From: Octopus vulgaris
Lineage: Eukaryota
Assembly (NCBI GenBank): GCA_951406725.2
Contig: OX597825.1
Span: 11,160,001 to 11,224,000 of the forward strand
DNA length: 64,000 nucleotides
Direction: 5' to 3'
Position 1 is the stretch's first letter, and each line of letters begins with the position of its first letter. Both the position numbers and the translations under genes were made by a program. Below the pieces are notes generated by a model that worked only from the letters and a program-made list of their open reading frames with translations, ran no database searches and was not told where the DNA came from. Positions 12,721 through 23,829 of the stretch are shown in pieces.

Positions 12721-14620
12721 GTATTTATTGGCTGGGTTTTTTTTTTTTTGTCGTTTGTAAATTTTCTCATAACATTGTGTATCGATTATACATTTATACA
12801 TATTACTTTAAAGAAAGGGAACAAAATCGCTTTAAAGAAATGTCATAATATTTCTATTAAAAATGTTTCATTTTCTTATTTGTACTCTCTAAGACCTCTT
12901 TGCATTTTTTTAATTAATATTTAAGAATGCATGACAATTTAAGGCATCGGTGCGGTATTCCAGAGTTGTAGTGCCGGGAAGAATAAATATTAACAATTTT
13001 TGCGAAAGATTTGTGGGATTTAGAAGTGCGGGGTATACTTTGATATTTCTGTGGCTTTGATGGCATAACTATGTGTCCTGCCACCTCGTATTTTTATTAA
13101 AATAGATATTTTTAGATATAGTTTTCAACTGATATGTTTCAGATGGTGTAGATCGCGATTATATCGGAATTTGATTTTTAAAAAAAAGTGGGGTTCAGTA
13201 AAACTTATATGGAAATAAAGTCGAAGAGTATGAATCATCTAACCCCATACGGGTTTTTTCCATATCAAAACCCTACATAATCTCCACTGTCTCAGACGCA
13301 TTTGTAAGAAGTTTCACTAAAAATTATTCATCTTTTAGAAAGTTATGAAAAATCGAGGTGTGGATTATCCGACACTACTCACCCCATCAAATCTTGCCAC
13401 TACAAATTTCAATATAACTCTAATCTATACCCGTTTAATATGTATCTCTGGAAAATTTTATTAACTTTTGCATGTACATTTTCAGCAAGTTATGAGGAAA
13501 CAAATTCGTGTGGTGGTGGTGGTGGAGGGGGCGCGTATCTAGTTATACTGTTTCGGTCACCCGTTTAACCGAGTTCAGGCGATTTAAGACCAGTTGTCAA
13601 CTGATCTCATGGGTGGAGGTAATGAAGTCTGAGGTTTGGAGGTGAGGAAGAGGTCAAGGATTTTTAGTCATTAGTCATTGGTACGGGTGGGCATAGTATT
13701 TTCAATAAATAAAAATGGGTTAAACTTTCTGTTTTTCTCTTCATTCTTTGTGCAAACCAAATTTAAGTTTTTAAAATTCTATTTTTATTGATTTCAGAAA
13801 TCCCAAAGTTTTCTTTTTTCTTCTGCAAATCAGCTAATTGTTTTCTGACAAATGATTTTTCGACACATAAATATTTTTTAGCCTATTCACGTAAAAACCC
13901 ATTCTATTTATAGATTTTCACTGTAGAACTTTAGTATTATTATCTGTTATATGCAAAACATATTCCGTTTAATAAGATGCGTAAACATTCTCCCTTTGTA
14001 CCTTTCATACGGTTTTGTAGGCAACATTTAAGATTTCTTTGAATTCATTTGTTTGGTCTTTCTTATTTCATTTCTTCCCTCTTCAAAAATTACTTGAGGT
14101 AAACTTATATAGCAATAACAAACGAAACGTTTGTTATTGCTGTATAAGTTACTTTGAAAAAATATATTGCACAAGTTGGTCATAACAAAATTAAGTTGAA
14201 CCTCCATTCTTTCATTAAATTTAGAAAAAGCATTAACATGAGAATAAAATTTTAATTTAGTTTTCTTAAAATTTAAAATTTTCTTTTTTAAAACAAAATA
14301 TGGTTGTGAAGCGTAAAATAAGAATTGACAAAATTATTTATTTTACATTTGCATTTATGCTTAGAAATAACGCATTTCATAAAGTAATGGAGTTACGTAA
14401 ACAAAAAAAAAAACCCAAAAAATTAGCATTCAAACTTATATATATTTTAAAAGACATTTCAGAAGAAAAGATGTTTGTTTTGCAAGAATTAAAGCAAATT
14501 AAAATATTTTTCATTATTTTGATTTAGAGAGAGACTTAGAAATTTTAATATTTCTAAATTTAAAAATGTATTTTTTTTTATAATAGGTTTGGTAAGGTGG
14601 TGATACCATCTGAGTCAAAA

Positions 14621-14706
14621 ATGGCCTCTCAAGGAATGTCATCTAACCAGAGGGCTTCGCAGGATTTTGATACTATTTGGAATAATCTGGAACATATTTC
14701 ACAGAA
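14621..14706 (+). CDS. p53: p53-family first coding exon, transactivation domain (MASQGMSSNQRASQDFDTIWNNLEHISQ)
   Basis: Acceptor ttttaatag ends at 14586; ATG in aaaaATGG context; F-x3-W-x2-L MDM2-binding motif; donor AA|gtaagt (phase 2). Confidence 0.9.
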
Positions 14707-15015
14707 GTAAGTTAAAATTTAAGTTCTTCAAATTATATTTGATGTTTATTAGCATATTTATAGATTTAATGATTTTATAATGCATTCATATCTTTTTGTT
14801 ATTTCTGATTAAATTGATTGTAATATCTTTGCATGCGAATATTTACTTGTGTTATTTATACAGATGGTAAGAATGGTAAGTGTAAAGATAATATTTAGGT
14901 AAGATTTTTTGACATCTTTACAAGTTGACTTTGACCCCTATAAAAAAAACTGGGTTCACTTGAAATGGATTTAAAAAAAAAAATTTATTAATGCCATATT
15001 TTTTTTCATTTTTAG

Positions 15016-15157
15016 TGAATATGCACAAATTCATGAAAGAGGAATTGCATATGAATTCAGGGAAAATGAGCCTGAACAAACTTCCCTTGAAATTCAATCA
15101 TTCAGGATTGGCTCCAATGAAGACTATACTGGGAGGAATGATAGCTTAACAGATTTG
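15016..15157 (+). CDS. p53: p53-family coding exon (N-EYAQIHERGIAYEFRENEPEQTSLEIQSFRIGSNEDYTGRNDSLTDL)
   Basis: tttttag acceptor, TTG|gtaaga donor, phase 2 to 0, open frame; closely resembles the recalled squid p53 N-terminal region. Confidence 0.9.
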
Positions 15158-15525
15158 GTAAGAATTTCATTTTTTTAAATTCTAAAATGGAACAACTGGA
15201 TGTCATTTCTAATGTAGATTCCTTATATAGATATAATCCTTTCATCTGCAAAGTAGAAGAAATGTGATTATAAGATCTTCATATCTTGAAGCATTGCATT
15301 AGCAAAATCATTACCATGTCAGACAAAAAGCTTTGTGGTGGTTAGTTATGCCCTTTACATTCTTAGTTCAAATTCCTGCTGTGGTTGACTTCACCTTTCA
15401 TCCTTCTGGGTTTGATAAAGTAAGTACCAATTGAGTATTGGGGATGACATAATTGACTGTTTTCCCTACCCATTTTCTACTCTTGTGCCTCTGTAAAAAA
15501 AAAAACTGTGAACTAGTAACATAAA

Positions 15526-15975
15526 TCATCATCATCATTGAATGTTCGCTTTCCATGCTGGTATGGGTTTGACAATTTGACTGGAGCTGGTAAGCCAGAG
15601 AGCTGCACTAGGTTCCAGTCTGATTTTGGCTTGGTTTCCATAGCTGGATGCCCTTCTTAATGCTAATGGGTGTAATGGGTGCCTTTTACATGTCACCAGT
15701 ACTGGTGCTTTTACGTTTCACCAGCATGGATGCTGTTACGTGTCACCGGCACCAGCCATAACTATGATCTCACTAGGCTTGAGCCTTCTTGAGCACCACA
15801 AATTGCCAAAGGTCACAATCACTTGTCACCTCCTTTGCGAGACCCCACATTCGAAGATCATGCTTCACCACCTCATCTCATGTCTTCCTAGGTCTACCTC
15901 TTCCACAGGTTCTGTCCACTGTTGGAGATTGGCACTTCTTTATGCAGCTGTCCTCATCCATATGCATCACATTGA
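15526..15975 (-). mobile_element. RTE-clade LINE 3' end (ORF C-terminus, 3'UTR and (GAT)n tail)
   Basis: Minus strand reads ..CGRGRPRKT*DEVVKHDLRMWGL.., continuous with the abundant (GAT)n-tailed repeat. Confidence 0.75.
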
Positions 15976-16073
15976 TGAGGACAGTCAAACTTTTTTTCTT
16001 TTTGAAAATTTTCATATATAGCAGGTTTTTAATGTTGAAAGCATTACCAATATGATAAAGAGCTTTATCTAAA

Positions 16074-16413
16074 ACTTGTTCTCATCCTGGGTCCATATGG
16101 CCCCTGAGTGTCCATATAAGATTTTTAGGGGTCTATACAACAGAATAGTAAGTTGGGGAATCCACAATAGTATTTTAAGGGCACCTGAAAAAATTTTGCC
16201 TTAGATGTATATTGATATGTATTGCAAGAAACAGCGAGGTTTCTTTCTCTAACATTTTACACAGTTCAAGCTACACACTTTAATATGTGAAAAACAAAAT
16301 AGAAATTTTGAAAGAAGTCTCTATAGTTTTTAACCGTCAAATGACTATGAGGGTCCACCAGAGTAAAATAGTAATCGAAGGAGTCCCTAGATAAAAATGA
16401 TTGAGACCCCCTG
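16074..16413. mobile_element. hAT-like MITE
   Basis: Ends ...gttctcatcctggg / atgattgagaccccctg, flanked by atctaaa repeats; same family as 63601-63849. Confidence 0.65.
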
Positions 16414-16579
16414 ATCTAAAAGAACACACCAGTTAGATCAGAAACCATCACTTTGTCAACAAGAAGCACAGTTCTTTTATCTCAATGTGAGACCCTCAAT
16501 GAGACTAATGCATCCTCTCTGTCCTATTTTGTCTCTCTTCCATTACCAATTACTTTACAGTGTGCACTGGGTGCATTTA

Positions 16580-16927
16580 CGTTAATTTTTTGGCTCAAAA
16601 AGCAAAAAGCAAGGCCATGTAGGGGGACATGGAGTTATGTACAGGGAGGGTGTTCATGCAAAGAGTTCAGGCCATTTCTGGTCAAGAGAGACTTTGAACC
16701 GAGCGGGTGTCGGCATCTTCACTATCTTGTCCGGCAGCTTATTCCACGGATCTGCAACCCGGACGGAGAAAGCCCCTCTCCTTCGATTGAGATGAAATTG
16801 TTGCAGATAGAGCTTTTCGCAGTGACCCCGCAGCCGACGCTCTGGAGTAGGAGTGAAGAACAGCTCTTTCGAGAGGTTACACTTTCCGCTTATGATGTTG
16901 TGAGCGAGAATGAGGATCTGTTATCAG
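16580..16927 (-). mobile_element. CR1-clade LINE 3' end with ~29-bp flanking direct repeat
   Basis: Minus strand RRGAFSVRVADPWNKLPDKIV..FKVSLDQKWPELFA*; ttactttac(a/t)gtgtgcactgggtgcattt at 16550-16578 and 16928-16956. Confidence 0.8.
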
Positions 16928-17305
16928 TTACTTTACTGTGTGCACTGGGTGCATTTTATCATGATAGCAACACTGGAGAGGTTATCTTGTCTGCTGTACT
17001 CCAAGTTATGTGTTGAGTGTATATGTGTAGAGGATTGTTGAAGGGGCAACAGAAGAAAGTGATAGGCAATATGATGGAGATGGTGGTAAAAAGAGAAGTA
17101 AAGGAAGTTGGAAGTATGTCATCAGCATGTAGAAGGTTCTGTGACAATAAACTGTGAGAAGGGAATGAATAATGTGAAAGAGAAGAAAGGTTAGTTGGCA
17201 GTAAAATGACTGATAGTAAAAGAAGTATCATTAAAGGAGAGAGATGATAGTAAGCCATCATTCGACATGGTCAATGGTAGAGTGATAAAAGGTGACAGTT
17301 GGGTG

Positions 17306-17535
17306 GGCGGCGAGCTGGCAGAAACGTTAGCACGCCGGGCGAAATGCGTAGCCGTATTTCGTCTGCCGCAACGGTCTGAGTTCAAATTCCGCCGAGGTCG
17401 TCTTTGCCTTTCATCCTTTCGGGGTCGATTAAATAAGTACCAGTTACGCACTGGAGTCGATATTATCGACTTAATCTGTCTGTCTGTCCTTGTTTGTCCC
17501 CTCTGTGTTTAGCCCCTTGTGGGTAGTAAAGAAAT
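17306..17535 (+). mobile_element. tRNA-derived SINE family B
   Basis: ggcggcgagctggcagaa..gagttcaaattcc..gcctttcatcctttcggggtcgat. Other copies at 6489-6911 and 44493-44902 (both internally tandem), 11660-11835, 15350-15490, 27410-27615, 28400-28629 and 29695-29900(-). Confidence 0.88.
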
Positions 17536-18078
17536 AATTAACATAGACATGTCTGGTGCCATCCTTTGTTATATTGGGGGTATGGTACAATGAATAGGAA
17601 AGAAGGCAATTGATAATTGGGAGAGTAATAAAGGAGTAGTAGGTGAAGAGTTAAATACAATAGACAAGCAACCACTCACCCAAATATTGTACAGAATATT
17701 CTAAAATATTTTTACTCTCTGAAGATGATGTAATTTGAACAATTATTTTATTACCTGTTTTTGTTTGTTACCCATCATTTAGTCAAATATAAACGCAGGT
17801 TGGTATTGTATTTCACCAACCTAGAATGTTACTGTTTTTTGTATATTAACAAAAATATAAAACAATTTTATTTTCTCTGATATTGTTTATAAGACGATTG
17901 TAGCTTTATATATGTATATGAGTTCTAATTGACTTGAAAGAAAGGCTTATCAACGGTATGTTGTTATATTAATTAGTATAATTATACTGAATCAGTCTTC
18001 TGAAAGGTCAATTAGCTGTTGTTTTACTTGTTTAATTTATGTAATTCTAAGTTGAACTTTCTTTTATCATTCTTCTAG

Positions 18079-18111
18079 CTTGTCACAGGACCATCAAGCT
18101 TAGCTCAGTTG
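18079..18111 (+). CDS. p53: candidate 33-nt cassette micro-exon (LVTGPSSLAQL)
   Basis: Pyrimidine tract plus ttctag acceptor, TTG|gtaagt donor, phase 0-0 matching the flanking exons, no stop codon. Confidence 0.6.
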
Positions 18112-18959
18112 GTAAGTTCATTTGGATAATGACTAATTTCTAGATGTATTTATATGTGGGTTAGAGAAATGTGTGTCTGTGTGTATGTATACTCTTTTAC
18201 TCTTTTACTTGTTTCAGTCATTTGACTGCGGCCATGCTGGAGCACCGCCTTTAATCGAGCAACTCGACTCCAGGACTTATTCTTTTGTAAGCCCAGTATT
18301 TATTCTATCAGTCTCTTTTGCCGAACCACTAAGTAACGGGGACATAAACACACCAGCATCGGTTGTCAAGCAATGCTAAGGGGACAAACACAGGCACACA
18401 AACATATACACACACATGCATATATATACATATATACGACGGGCTTCTTTTCAGTTTCTGTCTACCAAATCAACTCACAAGGCATTGGTCAGCCCGAGGC
18501 TATAGTAGAAGGCACTTGCCCAAGGTGCCACGCAGTGGGACTGAACCCAGAACCATGTGCTTGGTAAACAAGCTACTTACCACACAGCCACTCCTGCGCC
18601 TATATATGTATATATGTATGTGTGTATATATATATATCTTGGTGACCCTGTCAGTGCAGGCACCACTTAAAAAGCATCTGATCCACACTGTAAAGTGGTT
18701 GGCATTTGGAAGGGCATCCAGTTGTGAGAACCTTGCCAAAACTGATTTCGCCTGTGCTTGTGCCACATAAAAAGCTCTAAGTCTACTCAGCTGGGTGGTT
18801 GGTGTTAGGAAGGGCATCCATCTGTAAAAATCCTGCCAAAACAGTCACAGAAGTCTGGTGTAGGCTTCTGGCTGGCTGGCTCTTGTCAAACCATCTTACC
18901 CATGCCAGCATGAAAGATGGATGTTAAATGACACACACACACATGTATGTGTGTATGTG

Positions 18960-18995
<36 letters not shown>

Positions 18996-19411
18996 TACAT
19001 ACATAGTCCACCTCATGCCAGTGTGTGAAGATGATGATTATGATGTCTGTGGGCCTGTTGAAAATTGGTGTACATGACTCATTCATCAAAACTAACTTGC
19101 TTTGCGTGGGTGACTATACATACATATCAATGTATATACTACTTTAAAAAGTTAAGTGTTCTCTTTGATTGATTGAGAAAACGTTTTAACATTTGTTCTT
19201 ATAGATGTTCTGCACATTTTATAAAATTTCTTTGCATTTATTATATCTATGTTGTATATATAAGAATATAAGACTTTTATAAACTTCTGAGAGAACTTAA
19301 AGTAATTCTTTTTGAAGTAGTGGCTCATGAGACTCACCTAATGCTATAAATAATATTTACATGTTATTATTTATTGCTTTATTTGAGCCATGAGAGCCAT
19401 GATTCTATAAA

Positions 19412-19454
<43 letters not shown>

Positions 19455-19457
<3 letters not shown>

Positions 19458-22136
19458 AGTAAATCCAAACTTACAGGGAAAAATTAGATTTAGGATTAAA
19501 TCAAATTTCACAGTATAAATATAAATTAAATTAGAGATAAAACCACTATTAGGCAAATCAAACAATGAAAAACATAAACCAAAACATAAAAATAAATATA
19601 ATTAATATAATATATAAATTTAAAATTAAATTATTTAAATTAAAAATTTTTAATTTATATTTATAAATTTATATAGTTTTTAAATTTTAAATTTATAAAC
19701 TTTTAAACTTTTAATATTCATATTTATTATTATTTTATATATATAATTATTAGATGTGTACTTAAATCTAAAATATGAATAATGATTATTTAGTTAAATA
19801 ATTTGGTAATTAAATTTTTGGACTATAACTGAGTTAAGGATATTCGTGAGTTTATTGTTTTTTTAAGCCATATTATATATTCATAGATATCTCTAATAGT
19901 GACTTTGTTCTATTATAGCTTAAATATAGCCATTTTCCATTGATAATTTGTATTAGTATTTTTCATTGATAAAATATATTTGTAGTTTTCATTGTTAAAA
20001 GAATTTTCCATTTGTTTATTATTAGTTTATTTAATGACACGATTTTTGGAAGCTAAGTAAACCTTTTTATTAAAGTTATTTTAATAATTTATGTTATATT
20101 GTATTTTATTGGATACTATATAACTAAGGATTGATATTTTGATCGTATAAGTATTTAGTTGTTGAAGATAGGTATTTCATTAGTAGATTATAACTATACG
20201 GTTTTTGTAAGTTACTAATTGGCCAACAAGATATATTGATCGTTAAATAGTTATATGGTTTTTTAAAGATAGGTTATATGTTTATAATTTGCTTTTTCAT
20301 CTTTAATTTTTTAATATATTTCGTAAATAATAATGGAATAATTAATTTATTTAGTTTTCATTATACGTATGTATATTTATTGATAGAGAAAATTTTAGAT
20401 CTTAATTATTATATTTATTGATAATAATTTAGTTATTATTCTTAAATATTTTTTATAATTATTAGATTTGAACTTAAATTTAAAAATATGAATAGTAATT
20501 ATTTTATTTGTTAAATGATTTGGTAATTAGATATTGACTATAACTGAGATTAGGTTATTTGTGAGTTTATTAGGTTTTATAGCCATTTTATATCTTAAAT
20601 AAATACATTTTCTATCTATTTTTACCTTAAAAATTAATATTTAACATTATAATTGGATTGTATGACATAATCCTAATCGTTAAAGTTTCTAATTTGATAA
20701 TAGAATTTTTTATAAGAAAAATTATTATTTTATTTATTTCTTAAAAAATATTGTTTAACCCTTTCGTTACTATATTTCTGACCAAATTACACCCCTTATG
20801 TGTTTCAATTAATTTCTAACGTAATCATAAATTTAGTCTGGTTTCATTAAACAACTATAACTTTTTTATTTATCGATATATCAATCTGATTTTTGAAGAT
20901 AATTTAATGAAATATTCTCAACCAATTCTATACTATAATTTTTGTTACAAAGTGACTCTAATTGCAGGTAGATACAGGTAAATTCCACAAAATATAAAAT
21001 TATTAAAATTTTGTTCAAACATCGCTATAGAAAATGGGTTATTAGCTAATATTCAATTGGGTATATAACAAAATTTTACGATAGAATTTGTTATTCTGGG
21101 TAACTTTCTGATACCCATAATAATATTTACGGCAAAATAGTCTTAATTTCATTTAAGGTTGAGGGAAACCACAAACTATCGTTTCTTTCGTTTTGTTTAC
21201 GTTTAGCGTAACGTTTCGTTTCTGCCGTAATGATTTCAAATAGGCTCATTCGAAAAAGTAAAAAGAAATAGTCTAAGGCTTTACTCTTCTGGGAAAGTCT
21301 GTGGCTTGGTCCAGTTTCTTCAGAGAAATCACCGAAAGAAACAGTTTTTAAATTTTCACTCCATTCAGGTGCCAATTCGTTTTCTTTATCGCTATCGGAG
21401 ATCTCAGATTCACTGTTTTCACTTTCGGAAAATGAAACATCAGATTCATTATCAAATACCACGTGCTTTTTTTTTCAGTCATAGAGTTAGATTTATGAAG
21501 GTCTTCAGTAGAAAATCCTTCGAATTCTGACTCGCTGCTTGATATAATGAAATTCGTATCCATTTTTTGTCAGAATTACAAATTTTGAAAATACAATAGG
21601 AACAAATTTCGGGAAAAATCTCCCAAAATTCATGGAATTAAAATTACACTTCGATTATTGTACAAAACTGTAGTTGAACTGTTTACGAAGTATAATACGT
21701 GTTTTCACGAATGTACTGAAGAGATTTGCTCTGATATTCTCATTTAAATATGAATAGGTAAATTTTTGGGCGGTTTGGTTTCATAAACCAAAATTTTGTT
21801 TGGGCGGTTTGGTAACGAAAGGGTTAAATATATTTGCTTATTTATTTAACTATTTATCTTTAACCTGAAGATTGACTATGATTATAATTTGAATTTAAAT
21901 TATTGTAATTCAAATTGGGTTATGGCCATGAAACATACGTAGTGGTTTTACTTATATTATATTAAACTTTTTAATACCTTTTTGATAGTTATATATGAAA
22001 AAAAAAATAAATATTAAAAAAGTTTAAAAATTTATATTTATATATTTTGTATATTATATTAATTATATTTATTTTTATGTTTTGGTTTATGTTTTTCACT
22101 GTTTGATTTGCCTAATAGTGGTTTTATCTCTAATTT
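19455..22136. mobile_element. very AT-rich element, probably Penelope-like, with inverted terminal segments, inserted in (TA)n and hosting the piggyBac remnant
   Basis: ~100-bp inverted repeat (19525-19620 vs 22040-22136), (TA)n on both flanks, hammerhead-like CTGAAGA-stem-GAAAC at 21865-21941. Confidence 0.55.
20759..21823 (-). mobile_element. internally deleted piggyBac DNA transposon with N-terminal transposase remnant
   Basis: TIRs ccctttcgttac / gtaacgaaaggg, TTAA on both sides; ORFs 21348-21563 and 21127-21462 give an acidic Ser-rich N-terminus followed by ALDYFFLLF..SLFEIITAETKRYA, typical of piggyBac/PGBD proteins. Confidence 0.9.
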
Positions 22137-22332
22137 ATATATATATATATATACACACACACCCACATACATACAAACAGGCACACAACTGGTATCAGAT
22201 AACGACATAGTCAATCTTTATCAGACAGTTATAACATCTCTGCATTTTTAGTTGCAGCTCAAGTAGTTTAGCAGGAAGTCAACCTTGAGCACTAATTGTA
22301 GCTATAATCTTTTGTCATTAGTTGTAATATTA

Positions 22333-22369
<37 letters not shown>

Positions 22370-22396
22370 TTTATTTAAAGCAGCAGAAAATTCAAC

Positions 22397-22445
22397 AAAA
22401 TCTGTTACTCTGAGTTTCTCGTTGCCGTTCATCAGACAGTTTTTG
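22397..22445 (-). ncRNA. minimal type I hammerhead ribozyme motif (Penelope-type)
   Basis: Minus strand CUGU-CUGAUGA-ACGGCAACGA-GAAA-CUCAGAG-UA-ACAG: intact core, stem I CUGU/ACAG, GNRA-capped stem II with one mismatch, palindromic stem III. Confidence 0.7.
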
Positions 22446-22858
22446 CTATATATATATATATATATACATACACATACACACCCAAGCCAGCATGGAAAAC
22501 GGATGTTAAATTATGATGATATATATTCTTCAACTTTTATAGATTTTTATCACTATCATCATCATTGTTTAGCATCTGCTTTCCATGCTAGCATGGGTTG
22601 GACTCCTTGTAGTTATTTTTGGGCTGGGTTAAGTCTAATCCTAGAGTTATAACTTTTAATTTAATTAAAACAACATCAGATTGCCAAATAAAACTTTTCA
22701 TTTCTTACTCAATATTGATCAAGGAATATTATCTAATATTTTGTGCTTATTGTTTATAAACATGTTTGTCTCAGAGCTTTTGCTTCCATCTCTTAACCTG
22801 CTTTTATTTTCTAACAACAAATAGCGTTGCTGTTCAGTCTTTCCATATTTGCCTTTAA

Positions 22859-23080
22859 CCCTTTCATTACTGTATTTATTTTGCGATGCTCTGTGTTTCT
22901 TTCAATTATTTTAAATATAACAAAAGAATTTAGTGAATTAACTTAGTTATCATTAAGCTAGTGTTAGGAACATAAACTGTGACTAAGGTTTGGTGGAAGA
23001 TTTGAATTCAAAACTTATGAAAACAAGACATTTGTACTAAAGAGCCAGAGCCGGTTTCAGCCGGGTTGGTAACGAAAGGG
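22859..23080. mobile_element. piggyBac-type MITE (~220 bp family)
   Basis: TTAA|ccctttcattac ... gtaacgaaaggg|TTAA. Confidence 0.9.
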
Positions 23081-23612
23081 TTAATGTGTTGTACCATTAC
23101 AAATATAATTTGTTCATATATTGATCAAGTTACCTAGGAAACAGCTTGCCTACCTTTTCAAATGACCCAATAATTCAAGCTGTAACCCTTAGATAACTTC
23201 TGGCTTATGCTAGAAAGCCTTGTTTTAAATTTCTGTATTAGTATAAATATTAAATGATCTGTAGATCTCCCTCATTTGAGAAGTGGGAATATTGTTTTAT
23301 AGTTACTAAACTGATGTTAGTTCTTCACTGAGAGTTGCATTTTACAAGAAATACTAAGAGTATACGAGGTTACTCATAAGAAACTAGTCACCTATAGAAT
23401 ATACATTTAAAAAAAAATTCTCATTTACTGAAATTCCTTTACTTTTTCAAATCATACTTAAAATTATTGCTTTATTTCTTGATATTTGTCCTTGTTCTTA
23501 AATTCTAAACATTTTATTTTTCATTCTCTTTGAAATAACACGAGAAGCCAAGCTCCCTTTCTGCATTGTTTACGTTAAAAGAGTAAATTTATGCAACTTA
23601 GAAGTATGTTAA

Positions 23613-23829
23613 CCCTTTCGTTACTGTATTTATTTTGAGATGCTCTGTGCTTCTTTCAATTACTTTAAATACAACAAAGAATTTAGTAAAATAACTTAGT
23701 TATCATTTGGCTAGCGTTAAGAGCATAAATTGTGACTAAGTTGTGGAAGTTTTTAGTTCAAAACTTTTGAAAACAAGACATTTATACTCAGAGACAGAGC
23801 CGGTTTCAGCTGGGTTGGTAACGAAAGGG
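23613..23829. mobile_element. piggyBac-type MITE (same family)
   Basis: TTAA|ccctttcgttac ... gtaacgaaaggg|TTAA. Confidence 0.9.

Noticed and set aside
16453-17016. 187-aa plus-strand ORF
   Set aside because: It is antisense to a CR1 fragment and has no recognisable protein features.
17545-17554. Perfect p53 half-sites (AGACATGTCT here, GGACATGTCT at 45389-45398)
   Set aside because: Single decamers are expected by chance in 64 kb and have no good partner half-site.
19620-20750. Mitochondrial insertion (NUMT)
   Set aside because: AT-rich and skewed, but I could not read any mitochondrial gene, rRNA or tRNA; the inverted ends and hammerhead fit a retroelement better.
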